Below are positions 53,368-64,000 of a stretch of DNA of 64,000 nucleotides, piece after piece (positions within the stretch are counted from its first letter, which is position 1; every line of letters begins with the position of its first letter). Origin of the DNA: Tubiluchus corallicola (Eukaryota; Animalia; Priapulida); contig JAQGDQ010000026.1 in the NCBI GenBank assembly GCA_030141605.1, positions 1-64,000 on the forward strand. Reading direction: 5' to 3'. A program made the position numbers and the translations under genes. The notes under the pieces are model-generated. The model was not told the DNA's origin, made no database searches, and saw only the letters and a program-made list of their open reading frames with translations.

Positions 53368-55191
53368 TTTCCCCCCTGTAAGTTTTATAAACATAGCTGT
53401 ACATATAATATCAGCTAACATTCACAAAAAGATTTGTCACTTTAATTTCCTGGGATGTGTGAAACTAACAAAAACAACTTAATTTCTAAAATCTTATAAA
53501 AGACTTGTAAAATCATTCCACTGTTGTAAAAAAAATTGTCTAAACCTCATACTTCAAAATCGCCAACAGAGTAAAACAAATAGCACAAGTTGTGCAATTT
53601 GGGATCTCTGTAGCATTTTGAATAATGCTTTGACCACTGAGCAATGCTGACAAAGTGCATATGTTTGTACAACTTAGTTCACACACTTGCAAAAATTAAA
53701 GACAGTGGAATTCACCGCTTTAAGTTTTGCAGAAACACCCAGATTCAGTTAATTTCTCGAGTGACATTCCAAGCTTGTTGTGCAGTACTGAAACTAAAAC
53801 TTGCTTCACTAGGCATAAAAATAGCCTATAGAAGAAATGCTGGAGTCAGAAGATTTCACCCAATGATACCCAAACACTGTTTCAAAAGACCTTATTGGGT
53901 GACGACGTTTTCTAATACAGTTCAGAAAACTGTAAATTTGTCAATCAATTTGCTAATAAATAAAAGTTAAGTTTACTTATTATCTGCATCATAACTCTTT
54001 TGCAGCACCGTAGCCAAAGACACGCCATCGCCAGCCAGTTAGGACGGGAAAACGCCACCTGTATGTTCAAACTAACAATAAAACTTTCTTCTGAACATGT
54101 GCATGTTATGAGACATGACCGTCACGTTACTAATACTGTACTGTACTAGTTAAACGTCTGCAACGAAAGAAGATTTAATTCTATTGAATGTCAATTGTAC
54201 GCTTGATGGCTTCACTTCTTATCTACGGCATGCAAGCTTACTCAACGTCCGCGGTTCCCGTCAGTCGACATATCACATGTCAACACCAGTCATGCATAAA
54301 ACATCAAGAACTTAGGACAGCGAATATTGCACAGCCGACCACAATGATACCGTGGTGGTCTTTTGTCTGGCGGTCCCTTAATTGGAGGTTCTTTGACCTA
54401 CACCTATACAGCTCGGCATCTAGCACACAAAACGAAATTTGAACCAGCTGCTTAAGTAAAATAATTATTTATATTAGTAACATCATATTGAAGTTTGCTT
54501 TACCCATAGCGACATTAAGAAACCAATCGAATTTCTGTGGCTACCGCAAATCCGGTCGAGTTGTTTTTCATTCAGATAAATCTAAACTTTCGCAAAAACT
54601 AATCACCCGAAATGGAGAATTCAAACAAAAACAAAATATTCACAATTGCATATAATTCTCTTGGGTGAAAGCTTAGTCTCACGCCAGCTGATGCGAAGCA
54701 CCACTGCAATATAGCTGTAAGTTCAGCTATTTTTACAACCTGAGTTGCGTGGCATTTTGCCTGCGTTTACTGTAGAGCACAAAATTATACTGCTAATAAT
54801 AAATAGAGCAAACAGCAAACAGAATTCTCCTACGCGCAACCAAAGATTTTTGCATTCGCTCTAAACGCGAACAAAGCGACGTCCATGTAAGTATGGGGCG
54901 AACCGGGAATATCATCGGGAAATTCTAGAATAACGAACGAAATCATAATAGATTATGGATTTGCAGTAACTGGCATAAAGTGAAAACGCTTGAAACTATT
55001 TTTCAGCGCATAAGAGATATAAGCAGAAATGGCATATGATGCTTAATGACAGCGATGTTTAATAGTAGCGATATTCTGAACGCCCTTTACCTAGTATAAA
55101 CAATATTCGTAGACTCAAACAGTAGACTCACGATAATTTCAGTTTTCAAAAAACGCGACCAAAAACCAGAATGAAACAGGTATTTACATAC

Positions 55192-55327
55192 ATGAACACA
55201 TTCCTTTTGGTGCATCATCGCCGTTCTTATGGTGATGATGACAATGATGTCTATGATGATGCTTTTCAGGAGAAAGACATCGCATTCTGACTGGATCCAA
55301 CACCTCAGCAATGAACACATCATTCAT
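55192..55327 (-). CDS. Candidate His-rich first exon (MNDVFIAEVLDPVRMRCLSPEKHHHRHHCHHHHKNGDDAPKGMCS), phase 1
   Basis: ATG at 55327, 45 open codons plus 1 nt, donor T|GTATGT; phase compatible with the AGL acceptor at 51782. Confidence 0.4.
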
Positions 55328-56949
55328 TACGACATTAATTAGAGTTCATAAATCAATTTGAGCAAGTTATCAGTGAGCAAAACATCTAAATGCGCTTGAA
55401 ATTGCACATAATAAAATGTTTATTTTCTTAAAATAGGCCAAGTACACCGTCAGCGATTTCCAGAACTTCTCCGGCCAGCTGGCTAAACATTTCACTCTAC
55501 AGAGAACGCCAACACATTTATAACTCAGTCTATTCACCAAATATCCATCTTAGAACACGATACTTTCTAAAAATTTCCAGCAAAAGCGAAGTTGACGCGA
55601 ACTAAAAAACTAAAAACGTGAAGAGCTACTGAATTCATGCGGCTTTATGTGCGCAATTTAAGGTTATAAAACGTGTGAAGTTGACTAATGTCTTGTACTT
55701 AGTAGTTGAGCCAGGAAGCGTATCGCTAGTGGGCTACTTAGCAGTAAGCAAAGTACTCGGCAGCAAGCTCAAGTGGGCTGACCTTTCACCCCAGACCTCG
55801 ACGTGACTTCGTTTACATTCAGGCACACTGTGGAAAATAGTTCAAACCAGCGTGTTTTTCTTTACATAGATAGGCAACGATGACCAAACGCAAACATCAG
55901 TTTATAATGCCAAAGAAAGCTCAGTCACACACTTAGAAAAAAAACTGCATACAAGTCGTCTTCTTGTTATAATCGCTTTTGTCTTACATATATGACCAGT
56001 AAAAAAACGTGCGGTTTCTAAGCATCACGACACTCATCATTTTCAAAACTAATTTGCTGCAATTACACCATATAAACATCAATTATCAAAAAGACAACTA
56101 TCAGAAGCAGTATATCAGCATGAAAGGCATAAGAGGCTAAGAGCATCCCGAAATTTCCAGTATTCACGTCCCAATGGCCTACTGTGAAATAATGTCAATA
56201 GAAGTCATGACTAAGAATTATTATCTATTAAGCTGTATTATGATATTATTAATTCAAACACCCCAAACCTTTATATATTAGATGGTGTTAAATACATTAG
56301 TATAATACAAGGTTTATCATGCAGAGCATGTGCTGTCATCTATTGACAAGAAAATTTGAAAACACTGTAAGATAGTGCTTATCATTTCTTTCTTTTTCAA
56401 AAATGAATCATTGGATACAATATTATGTACCTTTCCTTACTGTAGTAGAAACTTTTAAAATTTGATATTTTGGCATGGTTTAATCAAATGAAAATGCCAA
56501 ATCTAGTACATGAACAAAAGAACTGTTCCTCATTCGGCAAAATGTAGCAAGTTAATATTTTTCCACGTATCATTAACAAATGTTGTGTTGTGCAATGTTT
56601 CACAACAAAGTCACAACTCATGTTAATGTCAAATTGTAGATTAAAGCACAAGAAAATCCTTTCCTAGCATATAGCTAAAAATAGTCTTGAAATTGTGAAT
56701 CACCTACATACTGCCTTGCACGGATCTTGTACTAGCAGCAATGCTGTAAAAAACTTGAAAATTTAAACTCTCGCGATGATTGTTAGGTGACGACCTTTTG
56801 ACGAAAGGTTGTTTGAAACAAGTTTAGATAAGATTGCGCAAAGTTTGAAAAACTAATCAGAGTATTCCTAGTACATACTTCACAAGTTAAACAAAAGTAC
56901 ACTGTATCTTGTCAATAAGATTAAAAATACAGTTTAGGTAAGTCAGTGG

Positions 56950-57720
56950 ATTTGATTTTGATTTGATTTAATATTTTATTTCAAACATTACAAAGTTCAT
57001 ATAAACATCACAAATTAATACAAATAATACAATAAATCATGACACACAGCAATAACACAAATAACAATTAACGATATAACAAAGAAAGATATAACAGAAG
57101 AAAAGTTTACATCACTGTTTAAAATGTTCTTGCATATAAAATTTTCACTCTTATTCAGCCTGACATTTAAACTGTATGTACATTTTCTGTGAATCACATC
57201 AAAATAAATAATATTAAGTCTAGTAGAAATATATCTGGCACTCCGTGTTGATACATTATATGCAACCTTGAGTTTGCTAAGATTGTAAAAATAAAAATGT
57301 CTCTAAGTGGGCATACAATAAAAACTAGTGCAGTAAGCATTAAACAATTGTCTCTTCACATTAACTGAACAGTGAGTAAATTTCATGAGTAATTTATTTG
57401 CTCTGCCATAGTAAATTGAACATTGTCGTAATATATCTAAATCATCTCTATTGTCTTCTGATAAAACATGACCCAGAGATTTTTTTTTTTTGGTACAAAA
57501 CTTTTACACTGCAAAAACAACAGACCCAAAAGTAAACTGCTGCATGTGGGCATAGTGAAACGTGACAAGTTTAATCTTATTCACAAGGATATCATATTCT
57601 TTAGCAAATTTATTAAAAATATCTAGCAGTCTCTGCAAAGCCGTCGAGGTTGTTGCTAAAAGACATATGTACATCAAGTGATTAATGCAGGCTTAAATTT
57701 ACCCCATCTAACCAACATAG
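56950..57720 (-). mobile_element. Decayed LINE (L2-group-like) 3' fragment
   Basis: (gattt)n tail with tttatttc at ~56950-56982; minus-strand remnant ...MCLLATTSTALQRLLDIFNKFAKEYDI resembles the region after the RT YADD motif. Confidence 0.55.
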
Positions 57721-59879
57721 TGGAGAGGTGGTACACACTGATAAGGACAGTCAGTGACATTTTACCAGTTGCTGCGAATTATTTCAAATTACTAAGAATT
57801 TTCTTTTCTGGTTACATAAGTCTTTCAAACAGGTAAACGTAATACTCATAACTTTATGGGGAGATTTTTAGTACATACTCTAAAATTGCCTTTTCTTCCT
57901 CTTTAAGCATTACTTCAGACTACATAAATTTGCAATGCAACAAAGTTTTGACTTAACTGTACCTTAAAACAACATTAAGGCTAATACAACCCATGAAGGA
58001 GAATTAACTTTTCAGTAAATTAACAATATAACATGCACTTATGCATGCATATAAACTTATATTAAATACTATAAACCATAGAAATAAGAAAGCTCGTGTA
58101 CAGTTTGTCCAACTCTTAAATAAAAGATTAAAAACTTCAATTCTATTCACCTGACTGATAAATTTGGGAACAAAAAAACAGATTTAACTGCAGTGTGGAG
58201 TTTTGGGTTGTTGTGCTCAACATAAAATGTATTGTTATTAGATTTTAAAGGAGACAGTATACTATACACGTTGGTGAATTTGTTCAATTACTAATATATT
58301 CTGCTCTACAACTGTACTCTTTCACTGTAAAATCCCCAGCAGACAGTGAACTTTTAACTGATCCATTACATAATTTTTTTTCATAATAAGATTGCAGAAA
58401 TTGTTGTTTTTGTGGAGGAAAATAAAGCAAACTGAATTGATCCTCATCAGGTTTATGAATTACACATAATTAACAATACTTGTGCACAACACATAAGCAA
58501 GTACACCACTTGTGAGTAGTGAGTCAGCTTTCAAAATTCTGCTTTTCTTTAGCTTTTCCATAACTCCAAATAACGAACTACATTACCAGAGGAGAGCAAG
58601 TAGTCGCAAAGTTTGTGAATGACTGTAAAGTTGCCAGACCTGGTTAAAGCATACGTGGGTGACCAGGAAAACTGCTTCTAGACATACTGCCTCAGTTATT
58701 TCTCATGCTGATTCATTAAAAGAAGATGTAGCATACACATCCACACATGGCTGACACTTCTGCCTTTTAAAAGTTTGATTTCTGAGTAATTTTATATACT
58801 GATGTATATGATAATGCATGAACTTTTACTCTTTCCGCAACCATTAACATTATAAGCAGGTCTTGCAACAGAGTGACAAGTACAAATGCCACCTACCAGA
58901 GTATGGACTATATAAAAATTAATGATACTCTACAGCAAAATCTAGCAGGAGATCCTTTAGTGGCTAGGCCTATAGGTCTGGCATCAGAAGAAAGACAATA
59001 ACTATCATTGAAGAAAAACCACAGTTTAAGTAACTGTACAGCCTTTAGGATGACATGTTAGCAGCTTCAATATTATTTAGTTCCATTATATTAATAACCT
59101 CAGCAGAAACAAGTCAACAACTTGGTTGCTGCTACATGGCATACCTTACAGCATGACGATTTTCAGCATCAACAACTCATATACATATGCAGAAGACTCA
59201 TTCCAAGTCTTAGTGGCACAAACCCAATACAAACAAACTCTCATTTCAACTGAGATTCAAACTATAATTAGAAGTCATACGCTGTTTCACACAGATCATT
59301 TACATAGGTTCGCGGAATGAATTTTACTTAATGTAAATATCCTGCTATTCTACAGCTTTTAGTAGGTTATGAAAGTATATTAGACGTTTTTACTTCAAAA
59401 TGCAAAACATTTAGGTTACAAAACAGGCTAAATTTTATCAGATGGCAGATTAAGGCATCAATCAAGGCTCTTGCAGTCTTGGGAACACAGCAAACCGTTG
59501 TAAATGCAGTTTCGTTACCTTGGCTCACCACTCTATTAAATGGTTTTGTTAAATGTTTGACTTCATTTCTCACAAATGCACGGAACGTCACACGAAATTG
59601 CTAAAGAAATTACAGACACCAAAGGATTAACTAAACTAATGACATCAGCTTAGCACACTTAGAATGTACTGGTGGATAGGCTTAATGGAGTTAAACCTAA
59701 AGTAAACCAAACTATCCATAAAAAATGAAAAAAACTACAAATTAAATAAGCATAGATTATCTTGCCACCATGCTTAGTAGACTACAAGTCATCAGTTATA
59801 CACTATAGGTGATATTAACTACGTTCAGGTGAAACTTTTGCAAATGAACAAAAATATTAATCACTTGCAATTCACAATG

Positions 59880-60060
59880 ACTCCATCACCAACCGGCGTT
59901 CAATCACGCTGCGCCACCTATCGGTCACACTTCCGTACAGTACCTGACCCAAACTCACAAAGTGTACGGGTGTTGAATGTTTATCAGCTTTGCTATTTTC
60001 CACTCTGTAGTGTTTTACACGAAAATTGACGCAAATTCACCGTGTTATAACGGTTGTTAG
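59880..60060. promoter_or_regulatory. Promoter region of CCDC130, possibly shared head-to-head with AGL
   Basis: CpG-enriched patch with ETS-like acttccg (~59929) and tgacgcaa, immediately upstream of the ATG-bearing exon. Confidence 0.45.
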
Positions 60061-60096
60061 ATCCTTTTATTTTGAAACATCACACTTCACTTATTT

Positions 60097-63000
60097 ATGG
60101 TGAGTTGTAAGTTTTGCTTTTGTAAGCAGTAATTCTCACTGCTATATATTTGCTTATGAGTTTACAGTAGAACTGATGCTTAATAATCTTTATTTACCAT
60201 TATAAAGTAATGGGTATAATATTTCTTATAACATAAGAAGGTCGTAATAACATAACATAACATTACTTATAACTTTTCTAATGAAAACATATTACGTAAA
60301 TTTATAAAATCCTTATTATTTTTCTAAAAAGGCAGCACAAAATTTTTAAAGAACATTGTAAAAACTGTGATATAGTATTACTGTACCGTTTTTGTTACTG
60401 TACTGTACTGTTGTTATACTGTCGTGATTAGAGGTTAAACGAGTACATTCATAAAATCCCCATATTGTTCCACAAAGTAATTGTCAACGAAGAATTTAAG
60501 GTTTACTAGGGTTGGTGTACACAGCAGTCACCATGCCAGTAATGCTATGTACCATAATGTAGCTAGACCACTAGATGAAAATTGTGTAACATTCATTGAT
60601 TACTTATTTTGCTTGTAGGGGGAGCGAAAAGGTCAGAATAAATATTATCCTCCAGATTTTGACTGGAAGAAACACAGATCACTAAACAATTATCATGGCA
60701 CTCATGCTCTGCGAGAAAGAGCAAGAAAGTTGGATAAGGGCATCCTTATTATTAGGTTTGTTGTACATGTCTAAGTGCTTCTTGGTCTGTTTGTATTTGT
60801 GCTGAAAATTATCATGCCATAATGTATATTTTTTCTAAATTTCTAGTACAGGATAGGTGAGTAATTAATTTTTATGCCTTACTTTATTATAAATTTTTGT
60901 GCCTGACTTAATGCTTGTAGAGAGATATTAAGAGTGGACAGCTATTTTTAGCACTCTACTTTGTGTCAGAGAAAGAACAGTGATACTAAATTTAAACCTG
61001 GACCCATAACATGATATGAGAATTTACTACTTGACTCAATCCATTCATGGGTTTTATAGTGTGATTTCTGTGATTAATGAGTGATAACTGATGTTAGCCT
61101 ATGTAAAGCAAGTAGCTTATCATTAATCAGATTATGATTGCGAATGCCAGGATGTTCATAAACCAGTCACAATGGTTTATAAACATTCTGGTATTCGTAA
61201 TAGTGATCTGATTAATGTCGTTAATTACCAACTAATTTGAAAATATTAAAAAGGGTGATAGGCCTATCATCTAGTAGCTTATTGTTACAATATTTTATTT
61301 CTGAAAGTATTTCACTGGCCAAACATTTAATTTTAGCATTTATTTTTGGCAGTTTTATTCATTTCCTTTGTAGATTTGAGATGCCATATAATATCTGGTG
61401 TGATGGATGTGGGAATCATATTGGTATGGGTGTCAGATACAATGCTGAGAAGACAAAAGTGGGCATGTACTATACGACTCCTGTTTGGAAGTTTCACATG
61501 AAGTGTCACCTATGCAATAATTACTTTGACATACAAACAGATCCAGCTGTAAGAATTTTACTTTTCTGCATGTGATACATAAGCTTTAGAAGTTAAAGTT
61601 GGAAAGTATCAGCTGTAGAGTAAGACATAAATTTCCTTTAAAAAAGTTATGTTATTTTTAGTAGTTCCTTTACAATGCTGAAATCCACTGAACAACAATT
61701 TTATATATATGAAAAACTTGACAGAAAGCTATTAACGAAAATTGTTTAACCTTAAATAAGTGTAGAATTATGAAAAGTCTGAGTACACATGTATTTATTC
61801 ATTATTTTGTATACATTCTCCTAAATGTGTGTTATTTCTGCTCCTACCAAAATTATGTCTAGATGTTTTTATTGTTTTGCAAGACTCTTCAGTTTTTAGT
61901 ACTGCTACACTCATGGCTGCCAGGAAAATTCCAAGAGCCACGTAGTAGGTTTACTGTAAAAAAATGAACTAAGATTACTACTATTAGTGCTGTTTTTACT
62001 ACTATATGACGTAAACTGTACAATAAAAATTGGTAAAAAAAGGTTAAAATAATGGTTTTATAGTATTGTTTGCAATATTTCAGTGTTATGTGTATTGCTG
62101 TTGTTAGAATCTGGCTGAGTAACATACCTATTTAATGTACTGAATAAGTGGCTGAAAACTGACTTTTTTTTCATGGTAATTTCCGCTTGCAGAACTGTGA
62201 TTATGTTATACTGAGTGGAGCCAGGAGAAAAGAACAGCGATGGGATCCAGCTGAAAATGAACAGATCGTGACAGAAGGCAAGTTTCATTACTAAAAGTGA
62301 TAAAAATTTGGCATTTGTAGAAGTCAGTAAGTCTTGCTCTTGTATTGCTGCAGTTAACACATAACAAAATTTATTAACTTTCTCTAATCTTTTCACACAA
62401 TTAATGGTATTGTTAGTTTAGTTTCATCTTTTCAATCAAATAATTCATATTTTAAACTGAAACAGTACTGAGTGAACTGTTGCTTAGTGTAAGCTTTTAA
62501 ACTAAGCAAATTACTCTGAACATATGTAAAACAATTTGTTATTAAAGCAAAATTAATGATATAATTTTAACACCTTTTTTGTGCAACTTTTAATCATCCT
62601 GTGTTACAGACAAGAATGATCAAAAGAAATTAACTATGGATGCTATGTTTAAACTGGAGCATGGAACAGACGACAAAGCAAAGTCCGCCAAATCGACATC
62701 AGTTATTAGCCAACTTCAAGAAGCATCTGTAGATCGTTACAAAGATGATTACTTGGCTAACAAACTACTCAGGAGAACATTCAGGGTAGGATTTACCTTT
62801 TAAGAATTCTGTTTAGTACATTTTTCAAAAAAGGTATCAGTAGCATGCTGTGTCTTGTTGTATACTGTTCCTCTACAACTTGCTCAATATGCGACACAAG
62901 TGTCTTGTGTGCTGTATGCTATTTTCTTCAACTTGGTATTAACTCAGGGTTATACAAGATTTTGTTCTATTAACAAGTTGACCTCATCATAAATTGCACT

Positions 63001-63878
63001 CCGTAAGCCAGGCTTTCACAGGGTTCGCGACTTCACCGACTGTCCGAAAATTTCTAAGGGCAAGTCAGTCACAAATCATTCACACAAAATTTGCATGACA
63101 TGTTTGCATATCATGTAACGACTTCACCAACATTTATGCGACAAAGCAAATGTTGCACGACATTCGCGCTAGTGTATTGCGATCATTTCATGACATTTTC
63201 AAGAAGTTTTCACAGGAAGAAGTATGGAACAACCGAAGTTCGCCAGTATACCCCAAAATGGTCGAAAAATAGTCGCAACGTTCTCAAAAGTATTACAAAA
63301 TGTTCGCCAAGGTTTTGCAGATTTTGAAATTTTTGCTAATGTTTAGTGAAGTGGTTAGTTTGTGACTCCAGCGGCAAACTTAAAACATTTAAAAAAAATT
63401 TCCGAAGCCCGCGACAATGGCGAACACTCGCAAATGTCTCGCGACAGTTTGGCAAACTTTTGGCCATGTTTGGCGATTGTTGGACATAGAAATTTTTGGA
63501 TAGTTGCGGAAGTCGTGAACTCAATAAAAGCCCAGCTTTATTGGAAAAATGTCAAGTGAAGAAATGCAGCATTATAAAAATAGTTATATTACATACATAT
63601 TCGATTAGATTCGCACTCAGCTGCTCAGCAATAAGAGTATTTGGAATTTGTTGTGCTGTGCTTCATTATTCAAAACATTATGAAGTTGCAATTATTTTTT
63701 ATACTGTGTCATATTATTGATAGTATTTTGTATGAGCAGGAAAAAAAGAAACTAATTAAAGAAGCTCAAGCAGCAGATAGAGCACTTTTGACAAAATCTT
63801 CACTTGGCATTAAGCTTTTACCTGAAAGTGCAGATGACATCAAGCAGGCGGGGCTCCTAAAATATGGAACATCATCGT
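60097..63878 (+). CDS. CCDC130: Splicing factor CCDC130/YJU2B (CWC16 family), 5' part; gene continues past the window
   Basis: Exons 60097-60099 (ATG only), 60619-60755, 61374-61548, 62193-62277, 62610-62785, 63740-63878 give MGERKGQNKYYPPDF...RFEMPYNIWCDGCGNHIGMGVRYNAEK...KCHLC...TDPANCDY...DAMFKLEHG. Confidence 0.95.
63006..63537. mobile_element. PIF/Harbinger-like MITE with long imperfect TIRs in a CCDC130 intron
   Basis: agccaggctttcacagggttcgcgacttc...ccgaaaatttcta vs reverse complement of the right end agctgggcttttattgagttcacgacttc...ccaaaaatttcta; flanks gta / tta (TWA-like TSD). Confidence 0.75.
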
Positions 63879-64000
63879 GTAAGTGAACAGCATTCATTTT
63901 TCATCTAATTACGGTTTTTTATTAATTACAAATCTACAAATCATTTTTGTGCATTTCATTTCTCTGAGTTCACTAATGATCTAGTATTGTCTGTGTACTT

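Noticed and set aside
1-64000. CRISPR arrays, operons, phage or prokaryotic defence systems
   Set aside because: The window is spliceosomal-intron-containing animal DNA with no regularly spaced repeat-spacer array; most short ORFs in the track are exon read-throughs or noise

Overview
AT-rich invertebrate animal (eukaryotic) genomic DNA with spliceosomal introns; the species cannot be determined from the sequence. There are five protein-coding loci. (1) An intronless OSGEP/Kae1 frame (-) that lacks its conserved first ~19 residues and any in-frame ATG. (2) LMBRD2 (+, 14 coding exons). (3) Glycogen debranching enzyme AGL (-, 30 coding exons, tail-to-tail with LMBRD2). (4) An intronless class A GPCR nested antisense in an AGL intron. 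(5) The 5' part of CCDC130/YJU2B (+, runs off the window). Introns and intergenic DNA hold decayed LINEs, hAT, pogo and Harbinger-type MITEs, SINE remnants and microsatellites. The best leads are several candidate phase-1 alternative first exons for AGL (one encodes HHHRHHCHHHH), a duplicated 'CPD' cassette exon in LMBRD2, the decapitated OSGEP, and a 194-bp tandem duplication in AGL whose non-coding copy keeps the conserved residue. Exon coordinates were read by eye and may be off by a few bases. No transcript evidence was available. No CRISPR arrays or intact RNA genes were seen.
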